Assembly: GCA_965207375.1 (NCBI GenBank)
Contig: OZ242274.1
Coordinates: 1,760,001-1,824,000, forward strand
Direction of reading: 5' to 3'
DNA: 64,000 nt
Source of the DNA: Nitrosopumilaceae archaeon
Lineage (GTDB): Archaea; Thermoproteota; Nitrososphaeria; Nitrososphaerales; Nitrosopumilaceae
This document shows positions 33,001 to 40,110 of the stretch, piece by piece. The first letter of the stretch is position 1. Every line of letters begins with the position of its first letter. A program made the translations under genes and the position numbers. Below the pieces are notes generated by a model. That model was given only the letters and a program-made list of their open reading frames with translations. It was not told the DNA's origin and searched no databases.

Positions 33001-35392
33001 CTACTGCAATATCTGGTACACCATCACCGTCGATATCACCAATTGCAGTTACTGAGGTACCAAATCCATCCTTCGATTCTAAATCGGGTCCGGATTCTTC
33101 ATCTTTATCGATATCAAATGAGCCTTTAATTGCAAGAGATCCTTGTCGGTTTTCAAGTAGCAATATATGAACTGAGCCTTTAGAATCTGGAATAAAAAAA
33201 GTTTGCAATTCTGTGAATCGTGTTGCACCCACTGCAAGATCTACAATGCCATTACCATCAACATCACCAATAGCAGTCACAGAAGATCCAAACCAAGAAC
33301 CAATTGAACCAATTCCAGCAGTGTTACTATTGAGTTTCATTACTACATTAAGCATATTATCAGCAGTATAATCAATAGACATTATGTATAGTGTACCTCC
33401 GGAGTCTTTTGGAGCCCCCATTGCAATGTAATTGGTACCGTTATGAAAAATTTCACCCAAGTGTGTTATAGAAGCTCCGAAAAAGATGTTATTATCTTCA
33501 AGACCATCCACGTTACTAGATCCAAGTCTCATCACGTTTCTTTCTATTCCATTTGAATTGAAAAAGTGAACATAAAATACGAAATTTGTGCCGCTGCTTC
33601 TGTTGGGTCCAGCTGACATAATCTCATTTAATCCGTCACCGTCCAAATCTCCAATGTTTGCAACAGACCAACCGTATTGGGAATAGCTATTGCCATAACT
33701 GATTTTTTCTGATTTTAAAACAGTGTTATTAGAGTTCATAAGCAACACATAGACAGAACCTTTTGCTAAAGCTGGTGTACCTCCGGTAGGTTCGCCCACA
33801 ACTAGATCCTGCACGCCGTCACCATTCAAATCGCCTATGTTGGTTACAGAATAACCAAATCTCCCTGCAATTTCAGTGCTAATTCCAGTAATTTTATTAG
33901 CACTAGCTACAATACCTGTACTTGTACCCATTACTGCATCAAGTGAAATCAAATGAACTGTACCATGCTTGATGCCATCACTGGTATGATCTGGTGCACC
34001 AACAACAATGTCAGTTATACCATTACCATCAATGTCACCTATTGCAGTTACTGAGGTACCAAATCCGTCATTTGTTGCAATATTTGGACCGTTTCCTGTA
34101 TCGCCGTCAATTGTAATTGTTGCACGCAAAGAATTATCAGGGTTACGAAATACAAGATATAAAGCACCACTGCCTGTGCTTCCTTCAAGATTATTTGGCG
34201 CGCCAATTGCAAGGTCTGTGATACCATCACGGTCAATATCACCCAAGTTTGTCACAGAGGAGCCAAATAAACGCACATTGCTAGGGGGTCCGTTTCCCTG
34301 ATTAGCAGATATCGTGGATGATCCAACTATACTAATACTACCAGTATATTTCAAATGGAACACATAGACTACACCCTTCTGGCCTGCGTCTCTTGGCGAA
34401 CCCACTGCAATATCATCAAAACCATCACCGTTGTCATCCCCAATGTTTGCAATTGACGTACCAAACAAACGTGGAGGATCATTTGGTCCAGAGTGAAATG
34501 GGATACTGTTTGTACCATTTACAGATGTTGGATTATTCATAAGTATAAAGTATATTCTTCCTTGGTCATTTGCATTGCTGCCAGGATGAGTATTATCATC
34601 GCCGGGTGCACCTACAACAAGGTCTACCATACCGTTTTTATCCACATCACCTATTATTGCAACTGACGTACCGAATCCATCTCCTGCTGCAAGTATAGGG
34701 AGATGTGGAGTACCATTTGCAATTTCAAATGAGGATTTTACAGAGGTAGATTCCATCAATATTATATGAACTGCACCACGACTGTCATTATCACCTGGTG
34801 CACCTACAGCAAGGTCTACTATGCCGTTTCCATCCACATCGCCTATGGCTGTAATTGATGCACCGAATCTGTCACCTGCTGCAAGTGTAATGCCAAGATT
34901 ATGTCTAATTGTAAATGAATTTTTTACAGTATCGTTATCAGTCATAAGTATTATGTATATGCCGCCACAATCAATGCAACCAGCAAAATCACTTCCTGGA
35001 GCACCAACTGCAAAATCAACCACATCGTTTCCATCAATATCCCCTATGGCAGTTACGGAATAACCAAACTCTGCATCTGCACTAAAAAGGGTTATTCCGT
35101 TAACACTGTCATCTAGCTCAAGGGTGCTTAACGGATGAACAATAGGAATTGCCTCAAAATTGCTAGTCTGTCCGTATGCTGCAGGAAACGGGTCATAAAG
35201 AACCAAAAACCAATCAAGATACGTATCAAGTAAAATAGGCATATTTGACATCTCAACAGGGTTTGGGACAAGTACAATCATAGACAGAACAATAAACACC
35301 ATGATCAGATTTAGTTTAAAACTAGATTTTCTACGTATGTCTTTATCATGCAAGCATGCACAAAAACCAGATGTTAATTTATCTTCACACAT
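18011..35392 (-). CDS. Giant (5793 aa) membrane-anchored adhesin-like protein: FG-GAP repeats, four NHL propeller blocks, ~21 FN3, ~8 DUF5011-like Ig domains
   Basis: FG.SV..IGD.DG.G..DLAVGAP repeats; F..P.GIAIN.TG.IYVAD..N.RIQIFD repeats; P.APT.L.ATPGN.QV.LSWTAP..GGS.IT.Y repeats; C-terminal Pro/Glu stalk, TM helix and RRNR tail. Counts are manual. Confidence 0.93.
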   Translation of the reverse strand: MCEDKLTSGFCACLHDKDIRRKSSFKLNLIMVFIVLSMIVLVPNPVEMSNMPILLDTYLDWFLVLYDPFPAAYGQTSNFEAIPIVHPLSTLELDDSVNGITLFSADAEFGYSVTAIGDIDGNDVVDFAVGAPGSDFAGCIDCGGIYIILMTDNDTVKNSFTIRHNLGITLAAGDRFGASITAIGDVDGNGIVDLAVGAPGDNDSRGAVHIILMESTSVKSSFEIANGTPHLPILAAGDGFGTSVAIIGDVDKNGMVDLVVGAPGDDNTHPGSNANDQGRIYFILMNNPTSVNGTNSIPFHSGPNDPPRLFGTSIANIGDDNGDGFDDIAVGSPRDAGQKGVVYVFHLKYTGSISIVGSSTISANQGNGPPSNVRLFGSSVTNLGDIDRDGITDLAIGAPNNLEGSTGSGALYLVFRNPDNSLRATITIDGDTGNGPNIATNDGFGTSVTAIGDIDGNGITDIVVGAPDHTSDGIKHGTVHLISLDAVMGTSTGIVASANKITGISTEIAGRFGYSVTNIGDLNGDGVQDLVVGEPTGGTPALAKGSVYVLLMNSNNTVLKSEKISYGNSYSQYGWSVANIGDLDGDGLNEIMSAGPNRSSGTNFVFYVHFFNSNGIERNVMRLGSSNVDGLEDNNIFFGASITHLGEIFHNGTNYIAMGAPKDSGGTLYIMSIDYTADNMLNVVMKLNSNTAGIGSIGSWFGSSVTAIGDVDGNGIVDLAVGATRFTELQTFFIPDSKGSVHILLLENRQGSLAIKGSFDIDKDEESGPDLESKDGFGTSVTAIGDIDGDGVPDIAVGASGREAGDRGAIFVILLNDAGGIKDFVELNHKTIPTSLVPSSFFGQSIESIDDYNGDGIVDLAVGVPHYRSDFRGGSPVFEGHGSVYILSLDKTVFPYGVSSPSGNYRDGTISISVHFSEPVIVTGTPRIKLDLGTTDRYATYASGNGTSKLTFSYIIQDGDDTEDLNYESKMSLQLNGGTIKAQASPNEDVIVMLPPPDLEIEINPSAKVGPIALNSEVVIDMIVPVVTINSPSNNARLPSGSASFEAIAIDDKDGNIESIQWSSGDNTLGTGTAITATLSPGDHVVSAYATDKAGNTGSDTITITVEESTLPDVTGTTLDLDDTVRSLQVTFDKTIDLTPISNVDLTKFHIRQLGNSSGGVTLGGAMVSDTGDARILEIVINEVQRTAILVLGQQLELDIDSGAVKTINNVANEDDYDNAISISPDTTKPALLKVSFDPDSPDQNLLIDFNETINATEIDLTKLSISNSLSNNAGDVSLTGASITNTDNDIRIMISLTASQSSSVMSLAGKIYLKVNATAFSDLSGNTIDDSIVLFSTIDVSPTVRLLTSAEDITYLTAIPFTVIFSESVTVFDESDVSASSGTVQNVKGLLGFYSGTRGTGDGQFQTPTEIAINSTGYIYVADTFNHRIQIFDTFGKYVSQISGHTFDDSRFTNPRGIAINSTDYIYVTSTTNLVKIFDPSGNFVSQFGSRGFGDGQFDRPHRITINATGHVHIVDSASYRVQIFDPSGNYISQFPSSSPNGIAINATGHVYVTSELSHIVQIFDPSGNSISQFGGSGSRDGQFHTPSGIAINGTGHVYVADTNGNRVQIFDPSGNYLSTFGSSYPVSFRFPVGLVFDSTNDLYVVDTGNNRIFVQRDVYSFDVVNPPAGQLTVSILAGSVQDETDNDNVASNEITLTVITVPDAPTALEATPGNTQVTLEWTAPVNDGGSPIVDYAIQHSSDSGTSWTTFSDDVSADTSVIVTGLTNGQVYQFRVNATNNAGTSIASNVVDSTPRTVPSTPIGLTATPDDLLMSLSWSAPSNGGSPITGYIIQYKEQSAEWPGTSVNIGNFTSHIITGLTEDVFYDFRVNATNAAGAGTASTTVSLQFIIAKPYVTLSTFASNPTTLTSVPFVARFNEPIVGFNASDISISSGTIQNLIPPISYFGTDPLSTPDRIAVNGTGYVYVTDASSDTIQIFDSTGKYISDFGESGSGNDQLDQPTGIAINGTGYVYVADLGNNRVQIFDSTGKHVSQIPGFNEPQDIAINGTGYIYVTESSYQNRIQIFDSSNTRISFFSSRGTNDGQTIQPYGIAINDTGYIYVTDLNQNRIQIFDSSGNFVSKFGSHGSGDSQFNAPQGIAINGTGHVYVADTNNHRIQIFDSSGNFVSKFGSHGSGDDKFNSPKGITIDSRFLYVVDSSNNRIYAQRDVYSFDVTNPIQGELTVSIPAGSVQDKAGIDNIASNEITLTVIKIPDKPTGLTATYGNAQVTLNWTRSDDGGSEITDYTVQYSSDSGTSWQAFDDGISNTTSAIITGLTNGQEYQFQVSAINIAGESDTSDIVSATPRTVPGVPVITSSTPSGGQIELGWVAPGNGGSPITGYIVQYKLSTEEWPGTSVRVPQVTLHTIYGLESGQYDLRMNATNAVGNGTASDVISFTIDAEFPSVILTTLSPDPTNLSTIPFIVRFSEPVTGFNASDISISSGTAQIMFSPVNGHFGGIGSGDGQFASAGSIAINSTGHIFAADDTDSIISIFDGTGTYISEFGGTGSGNDRFNGVGDIAVGPLGNIHVADSGNNRISIFDPSGKFISQFGSAGAGDGQFNSPQGIAINSTGHIFVADHGNHRIQIFDDTGKYLSQFGSAGSGDGQFGLPRGLAINSTGHIFVADFNNHRIQIFDDTGKYLSQLGNTAPGSFSPINVAIDSSDRIYVKYYLYHSFETYDPSGNYLSDFAPPNFSRLVDIAFGPTQGTYITDNEHNRIYVQRDAYFFSVVNPAKGQLTVSIPAGSAQDASGNNNTVSNIVSLNIVGTPGMPTGLTATPGNTQVTLSWTAPPDTDGSAIVDYIIQYSSNSGTSWHTFNDGIGTTTTTTVTGLTNGVTYQFRVFATNTVETSMPSAIATTTPRTLPGAPSLTATPGNAQVVLSWTIHDDGGSPVTGYVIQHKVSTSIWSSTTATVTVGNIGSYTIRDLVNNVPYDFRINATNTAGIGPVSDTAKATPTASTSPDTTPPVIATPSNAIIVHQNAAFTVTDALVGVTCTDTEDSNPSLTADITNVNTAIVGSYTVTYSCTDDANNSAVQKSRNVTVIGTPSEPTLTAEPSNAQVTLSWTAPTNNRGSPITGYTIQYKESSNTWPGTSVTVNNVTSRIITSLTNGIQYDFRINATNVAGTGISSNTVSATPIGVPGVPTGLTAAPGNAQVSLSWTAPSNTGGSAITDYTIQYSTDGNIWTAFADGMGTDTSTTVTDLTNGVTYQFQVFATNTAGTGRASDPVGATPRTIPAAPTGLTATPGNAQVSLSWTAPSNTGGSAITDYTIQYSANAGASWTVVNDGTSTDTSATVTGITNGDTYRFRVNATNVAGTGESSSTADATPRTIPAAPTTLTATPGDAQIVLSWIAPNNGGSPITGYAIQHKPSTDAWPGTTVTIGNVTSHTIPSLTNGIQYDFRINATNVAGTGLSSGTAQATPVVSIAPDTTPPVIATPSDAITVRQNTVFTVTDALVGVTCTDTEDSSPILTADITNVNTAIVGSYTVTYSCTDDANNSAISQTRNVTVIGTPAAPTDFTIQQERQQMSLSWTAPNNGGSPITGYVIQYKVSSSAWPGTSVTLGNITSHDLTGFTNGLRYDFRVNATNIVGTGSASTVSSLVFDATPPSVVLSVASPVASPDPTSLSTISFIARFSEHVTGITSSDILTSSGTIQNLITPFYGSFGSGGSGDGQFDAPEDIAINGTGHIFVVDSFNNRVQIFDNEGVYVSQFGSAGSGDGQFADPIGIAINSTGYVYVPDTDNHRIQIFDSSGKYVSQFGSNDLGDNQLTRPQGITITDTGHVYVVNTGNNNIKIFDISGNYLSEFGNFGLTEGGFQTAIGIAINSTGHIFVTDQHRDVILIFDNAGNFLTEFGSEGAGDGQFDSPYRIAINGTDHMYVAEIGNDRIQIFDSSGNYLSQFDSLGSGNDRFQYPSGIILGDKGEIYISDSNNNRIYVQRDMHFDVINSSRGLLTVSIPAGSAQDVVGNDNVASNVVSLDVIGRPTAPTGLSATPSNTQVSLTWIPPTNNGGSPITGYTIQHKESTDPWPGTSTTIGNVTSHIITGLTNGVQYDFRINATNTAGTGVSSGIVQAIPVASTVPDSTPPTITINGANPVTISIGTTYVDAGATCTDDTDSTPTLNAVSTVDDSTAGSYTVTYICVDNSNNSAQAVRTVIVITVPGAPTGLSAVPGDRNVVLLWTAPTNNGGSAIIGYTLQYKPSSAEWPGTSVIVTNIPSWRIENLINGVQYDFRVNATNVVGTGEASIPIFATPQDAPDAPTDLRATPGNAQVSLSWTAPSDTGGFAITDYLIQYSANAGTSWSTFDDGVNHDTSTTVTGLTNGQEYQFQVFAVTNIGQSTLSATADATPRTIPAAPTNPAANPGNAQVSLSWTAPTNNGGSPITGYTIQHKLSTDPWPGTSVTLGNVTSNTITGLTNGIQYDFRINATNQAGTGVSSGIVQATPRSVPGQPTGLAATPGNSQVSLSWTAPTDTGGSAITDYTIQYSVDAGTNWIAVNDGTNTDTTTTVTGLTNGVTYQFQVFATNTAGTGIASDSVGVTPRTIPAAPTGLIATPGDAQIVLSWTAPNNGGSAITGYVIQHKPSTDAWPGTTVTIGNVTSHTISSLTNGIQYDFRINATNIAGTGLSSGTAQATPVASTVPDTVPPVIATPSNAIIVHQNIAFTVTDALVGVTCTDTEDSSPILTADITNVNTAIVGSYTVTYSCTDDANNSAISQTRNVTVIGIPAAPTGLIATPGNAQVELSWTAPSNNGGSAITDYTIQYSANAGTSWSTFTDGIGTGTTATVTGLTNGQTYQFRVSATNTVGTGSTSVTASATPVAPVTDTTAPVITINGANSITITLGTTYTDAGATCTDNLDPNPSLTQTGTVDTSTVGQYTVTYICTDAANNSAIQHVRTVNVIGIPAAPTGLIATPGNAQVELSWTAPSNNGGSAITDYTIQYSANAGTSWSTFTDAVSVITSTTVTGLTNDTPYQFRVNATNIAGTGPASSTAQATPVAPDNIAPTIVINGDNHVTISVGTTYVDAGATCTDNVDTTPTLTDTSTVDDSAAGSYTVTYTCTDDSNNSVDAVRTVNVITVPSAPSSPVANSGNAQASLSWTAPTNNGGSAITGYVIQHKASSDPWPGTSTTVNNVTTGIITSLTNGIQYDFRINATNIAGTGISSGTAQATPAASTVPDTVPPVIATPVDAIIVHQHSAFTATDALVGVTCTDTEDSSPTLTADITNVNTAIVGSYTVTYICTDDANNSAIQQTRNVTVIGTPAAPTGLTAISDLFATSGDIQIVLSWTAPTDNGGSTITGYVIQYKASSDPWPSHAYVIGNVTSYTVSNLTNGVPYDFRVNTTNAVGIGPAFVIVSATPTFTVDSDIIPPVIKIIGSDTITINKNSVFSNVDALKDVTCIDDMDPNPTLTADTSSVTTDTLGDYTIAYRCVDSTSNHAEPQTRTVRIVDTVENKDTTVSSPSSGKVQSRAGGGGFTLGPVAVTYNQCGIHNNFVLVAATYGDNLAASVSYGETTIIGQNYNIDISKYVSKYTPIKLYMFDFADMSTDVSSFKINVYDKSGKKATLPLSLSGECSSVHRFDIIKGISVSDSLGNLVSDTGDKLSGDMTERADTDDVEPTEPVKPTEPLDPVEPLEPTEPVKPTEPLDPVEPLEPTEPVKPTEPLDPVEPLEPTEPVKPTEPLDPVEPLEPTEPVKPTEPLDPVEPLEPVISVEPTDIQQTNSSPSILSQTSLLIVYSILGVFAVVALVYLLMRRNRSIRT
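18171..18445. repeat. 54-bp tandem repeat, 5 copies (EPTEPVKPTEPLDPVEPL stalk)
   Basis: Unit GGTTCCAGTGGTTCAACGGGATCTAATGGYTCTGTAGGTTTTACAGGTTCTGTT at 18171, 18225, 18279, 18333, 18387. Confidence 0.95.
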
Positions 35393-35393
35393 A

Positions 35394-35404
35394 CCCCCCC
35401 CCCC
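35394..35404 (-). repeat. G11 homopolymer one base upstream of the giant ORF's ATG
   Basis: C11 on the + strand at 35394-35404. Confidence 0.9.
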
Positions 35405-35832
35405 TGAAGATGGTTTTAGACACAGGTGCTAGAAAAAAACAGATCGTAACATACATAAATAATTTATTAATACCTATTAGGGTCATATGTTATCACATTT
35501 TTATTATTCTAAAAATATAACTGTAAAGCATGCAGATCCTCCAATCATGCCTGAAATACCATATAAAAACGAATTATTTCAAAAAAACACCTAGCCAAAG
35601 TTTTTTGAGGCATATCCCACATAATGACTGATAAAAATATGCACAGAACCAGAACGTAAATTATGTCCTATGACAGTCTAAAACTTGATATCGCTATATG
35701 GACCAGACACTTGTACATCATGACACGCAAGGCCTTACGTCCTAACCAAGTCTTAAGAAATTAGAAAGCAGGCATGAACGTGGCATGCAATGAGAGGGAT
35801 TTGAATTTATACAGGTATATTTTACAAACCAC

Positions 35833-36297
35833 ATGGCAAGGGCAAGATATTGGAAACTTGGCGCAGATGAGGTCACACAGTTCAAGTATGACGAAGGCAA
35901 ACTACTCAACTGGGACATCAAATGTGTAATAGAACCAGAAGAGGAGGCCATATTTGTCGGAGTTTTTATGTACAAAAATGGAACGCCACATGATTACGAA
36001 TCAATTAAAGGACTTGCCTATTATCATAATCACATTGCACTAGACAGATTGCCAAAAATTACAAAATTTCTAAAAAATAAATTCAACGGCGAGGAGATGA
36101 TCAAGAGTGACAGAATTCTTTTAAAAAATTCAAGGGAGATATATTCAGGACACGACATAGGCACACTTGCAAAGGAGTTAGAGAAACTACTTGATGCGAC
36201 TGCCACAATTACATTAGAATTTACAGATTTTAATGAAGAAGAGATGACTGCTGCAGGCCTACCTACGGCAAAATTATTGCCAATTCCTACAAAGTAG
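35833..36297 (+). CDS. Conserved-looking hypothetical protein
   Basis: 154-aa ORF with TATA-like TTTATACA ~25 nt upstream, co-oriented with tatC. Confidence 0.75.
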   Translation: MARARYWKLGADEVTQFKYDEGKLLNWDIKCVIEPEEEAIFVGVFMYKNGTPHDYESIKGLAYYHNHIALDRLPKITKFLKNKFNGEEMIKSDRILLKNSREIYSGHDIGTLAKELEKLLDATATITLEFTDFNEEEMTAAGLPTAKLLPIPTK

Positions 36298-36329
36298 ATA
36301 AATTACAGAAACGCCTACTCTGAATTTAG

Positions 36330-37121
36330 ATGTCAGAGTTAGAGTCATTCAGAGAGCACTTGGAAGAACTACGAAAACGTGTTCTTAGAATTGTAATTGT
36401 AATTATGGCAATTACGGCAGTCTTGCTAACAGTACATTTAGAGCCTGTAGAATTTGCAGGAATGAATTTAGTTTATCCAACAATGCAACCACTAGATAAC
36501 ATTGCAGCACAAATTACAGAATACATGAAGTACAATCTAGTGCCAGAAGATGTTCAACTCATACAAACGGCACCAGGTCAGGCGTTTTTTGCCCAACTAT
36601 ACATTGCAGTTTTAGTAGGTGTAGTGGCGGGCATGCCAGTAATTGTAAAAGAGCTAGTTGGATTTATCAGTCCGGCATTAAGAGAAAACGAAATTCACAT
36701 CAGCAAAAGTATAACTATACCTGCAGTGGGGCTTTTTGTTGCAGGTGTGTTGTTTTCCTATTTTGCAGTAATACCATACATCTTGGAATTTTTATACAGA
36801 TATGGGGAATCAGCAGGGTTAGTTACGTTTCTTAATGTAATTGACTTTGTGACATTTGTCTTGCAGTTTCTAATAGCATTTGGACTGTCATTTCAGTTGC
36901 CGTTAATCATGTATGCGGCAACTGCATCAGGAATGACTGATGCAAAATTTTGGAGGAGAAATTTTCGATACGCCATAGTAATTATTGTAGTATTTGGTGC
37001 AGCAATCACACCAGATGGAACAGGCATAACCATGGCAATGATTGCAGGTCCCATGGCAGGATTATACTTGATAGGTATGAGAATTATTGAAAAACAAGAA
37101 AAAACCAAATCTTCATTGTAA
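36330..37121 (+). CDS. tatC: Twin-arginine translocase TatC
   Basis: EHLEELRKR, FISPAL, FGLSFQLP, AAITPDG. Confidence 0.95.
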   Translation: MSELESFREHLEELRKRVLRIVIVIMAITAVLLTVHLEPVEFAGMNLVYPTMQPLDNIAAQITEYMKYNLVPEDVQLIQTAPGQAFFAQLYIAVLVGVVAGMPVIVKELVGFISPALRENEIHISKSITIPAVGLFVAGVLFSYFAVIPYILEFLYRYGESAGLVTFLNVIDFVTFVLQFLIAFGLSFQLPLIMYAATASGMTDAKFWRRNFRYAIVIIVVFGAAITPDGTGITMAMIAGPMAGLYLIGMRIIEKQEKTKSSL

Positions 37122-37465
37122 TTTAGAAAACATGTGTCGGTCATTACATTACCAATCATGACACATGGAGTGGAAATAATTTTGTGCATGTATATCACAT
37201 GTGATACTGCATGTTGCTTTCAAATACAACCCAAAATCCGTGCAAACAGTCACGATAATATAGTGAGATCTACTGTTCCAGTCTTTTTGTAACTACACAC
37301 AAGATAGATTCAGCATATAATAACAGTGGCCTAGTTTCTGTGACAGGTGGTAGTAATATAATCCAAATTTTAGGCATAAAAATTTATTACATTTTGCAGA
37401 GATTAGGCAGAGTTATGTCACTAAAATTTAGAACACTTAAATCTTGATTTAAAGAAAAGTCACTA

Positions 37466-37672
37466 ATGCTAGAAAATCTAGTCGGTTTCATTGCAGGACA
37501 AGAATGGATATTTATCATAATTATTGCAATAGTGTTCATATTTGGAGCAAAAAAGATTCCAGAGCTTGCAAGAACCTTTGGCAAGGCAAAGGGAGAATTT
37601 GAGCAAGGCAAAATAGAAGGCGACAAAAAATTAAAAGAATTCAAGGACGAAAAAAAGGCAAATACAGACTAG
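37466..37672 (+). CDS. tatA: Twin-arginine translocase TatA
   Basis: GQEW...FGAKKIPELARTFGKAKGEF. Confidence 0.93.
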   Translation: MLENLVGFIAGQEWIFIIIIAIVFIFGAKKIPELARTFGKAKGEFEQGKIEGDKKLKEFKDEKKANTD

Positions 37673-37716
37673 ATGTGTGACATTGCAAGTATAATGTAAA
37701 AACTAGATAGATTCAA

Positions 37717-38057
37717 TCAGTGGCAAAATTTTGCAATTTTTGAATAATAATTTTTAGCAGCGTGTAATTCTGCAACAGACATGTTTTTACCTACGGTGTA
37801 ACGTGCACTAGAACTTACCATAATTGGCAATAGGCATTATGAATTGAATAAAAATTATTTTTAACAACACTCAATCTTGCCTGATGATTGGTCCTTTTAG
37901 GTATTTTATTTTTGATGCAATAGTCATCAATTAGATGAAGTGCTGAATAAAATAATGTGGTAATTTCCCAATCTATAAAATTTGGGTTTTTTAGATTCAA
38001 AAAATCACTTGCATCTTTATTTTGTGCACTTTGTTGATTATGAAATGTAGATGGAAA
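37717..38057 (-). pseudogene. HEPN-like domain gene, frameshifted, no valid start
   Basis: DWEITTLFYSALHLID...NHQAR, then after a frameshift SSSARY...YSKIAKFCH*. Confidence 0.6.
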
Positions 38058-38059
38058 TT

Positions 38060-38677
38060 TTATGATCTTGAAAAAATTATTCTAGCTTCTTCTAGATGTG
38101 ACGGATCAACTTCGGTCGTATGGAAAATCCATGGCCTTGGGAAATATTCGGGTAATTTATCTTCTAACTCTATAACTATATTCACTATATCCTCTAAGGC
38201 TTTTACTGGATCCTGGTTTGTATGAACTACAAACAATTCTATATCTGAATTGTCTTTCGAATATGCAATAGTTTGAATATATGGAAGACGTAAGAGATTC
38301 TCTACAATCTCATCTGATTCGGATTGAATTAATTCTGATGTGATGTTATTTTTTGTAGGTATTAATCCTAAACCTGTTAATTTATGATCTATAATTGATG
38401 TGATCACTTTTTCAAACATGGACATATTGTATCGTAATCTATCATCTATGAATGATTCTATTTCACTTTTTTTAACTTGTGTTCCTTGAGTTACATTTCC
38501 AGGATAGCATCCAAATTGTTTAGCTGCAAGATTTGTTATAATTCCAATACTCTCCTTGTCAAACATTGTGGTCTCTGATGTATTTGATAAATTCAAATTT
38601 AGTAGGTGGTTTGTGTTTTCATTTAATTGTATGGGTCTGCCCCCGTTTGTTTTCTTCATATTGATATCTTTTAGCAT
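38060..38677 (-). CDS. Hypothetical protein; C-terminus resembles a minimal nucleotidyltransferase-like fold
   Basis: DIELFVVH...DIVNIVIELEDKLP..FPRPWIF directly upstream of the HEPN-like gene; weak. Confidence 0.45.
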   Translation of the reverse strand: MLKDINMKKTNGGRPIQLNENTNHLLNLNLSNTSETTMFDKESIGIITNLAAKQFGCYPGNVTQGTQVKKSEIESFIDDRLRYNMSMFEKVITSIIDHKLTGLGLIPTKNNITSELIQSESDEIVENLLRLPYIQTIAYSKDNSDIELFVVHTNQDPVKALEDIVNIVIELEDKLPEYFPRPWIFHTTEVDPSHLEEARIIFSRS

Positions 38678-38678
38678 T

Positions 38679-39435
38679 TTATTCTACCTTGTAATATGCA
38701 TACGTTGCTATTGCAAATGTAGTTAACACTTTCACAATATTTATTCTCATAGATAACGGTAATTCCATCATTTCATTAAACTTTTCATTATTCTGTTTAA
38801 AGAAATCTGTTTTAATAAATGTCAGATACAAGTTACTTGGATCGTCTAATACATCAAATAATTGATTTGTCAGTATTCCTATTAGAATGATAAATTGCCA
38901 TTGCTAATCTATAAATCATTGTACTTGCATCCATATTTTTGCCTCTTTTGGCCTCTTTTATTGTCATATCAATAATTTTTTTATTGTCCACTTTATCTTT
39001 GATCTTTATTGCATTCAATAACTCAATTGATCTATCTCTTGCAAATTCTAACGTAAATTTTGCCTCGTATTTTTTATTTTCCATCAAATCAGATATGCAT
39101 CTTCTTGACTTTTTTATCCATTCAGGAAATTTTTCAAATATCTCTAATTTTGCTAATATCTTCAGCCCAAGTATCATATCATATCCCCAAAAACCAAACT
39201 GTCCGTTGGTTTCTGCATATACAAACAATTCATTGGTGAAGGCAGATGTTTTAATTAATTCGTAAACTTTTGGGTTTACAGATAGTTCTAAATCCCCGGA
39301 TTCATTTGTTTCATCTTTTTTTAGTGTAATGTGCAAAAATGGAAATGTTGGTATTGTAGCAGTTTTCAAAAACATACCTGTTTTAGATTCTCTAGGTGAT
39401 GAGGACTCAAATTCAAAAGAAAACTCTTCAAACAT
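38679..39435 (-). pseudogene. Hypothetical gene, probably frameshifted near 38860
   Basis: The 193-aa ORF ends at 38854; another frame continues LFDVLDDPSNLYLTF...AYYKVE* to 38679, abutting the next start. Confidence 0.5.
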
Positions 39436-39642
39436 GTTGTTTTTTGACAGGTCTTACATTACCTGTTTATCTAAGATAAACATAAAATATGTGTAACATA
39501 ACAGATCTTCTAAAGCAATATACGTAAAAACTTCAAACTCTGATGTTTACATCTAATTTAGACGTAACACTTTAGAAAACATACAGGTTACAAATACGTT
39601 TGATAAATTAAGTGACCTCAAAATAAAAGAGTTTGCGCAAAA

Positions 39643-40110
39643 TTATGATTGATTCTCTACTAGTTTTGCAAATTCATCAGTAATTTCTGCTAGTCCATTT
39701 TGTATTTTTGACCTTTTAAAAAATCCAGCAATTCTCAAGACTCCTGCAAGGCAAATGTCAGCAGATATGACAATCTTTGTCCCCTCTGAGACAGTGTCGT
39801 ATCTTTCAACAATGTGACTTCCCTTTGCATCACCGCCAATCACAAAGACTTCATGAAACACAGGATACCTCACCACGTGCTTTGTCATCATGACTAGATT
39901 TCTGCTAAAAAGACGTACGTGCTGCTCTACTATAGTTACACTATCTCTGCTTGAACGTATACGAACCGAGGGAAAGTATTGCGGCATGTGCCTTTGAAAT
40001 GACACATAGTCTGTTGCCATCTCAAAAACCCGATTTCTGTCTGCATTTATGATTTTTTCATAGTTTACCTTTGGCAAACTAGTCAGTTCCCCATCTTTTG
40101 TACAGGTCAT
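39643..40110 (-). CDS. SRPBCC/polyketide cyclase-dehydrase family protein
   Basis: INADRNRVFEMATDY....MPQYFPSVRI START-like pattern. Confidence 0.75.
   Translation of the reverse strand: MTCTKDGELTSLPKVNYEKIINADRNRVFEMATDYVSFQRHMPQYFPSVRIRSSRDSVTIVEQHVRLFSRNLVMMTKHVVRYPVFHEVFVIGGDAKGSHIVERYDTVSEGTKIVISADICLAGVLRIAGFFKRSKIQNGLAEITDEFAKLVENQS

Noticed and set aside
18474-35063. Many + strand ORFs over the giant gene
   Set aside because: Antisense shadows of a repetitive coding sequence with no independent motifs.
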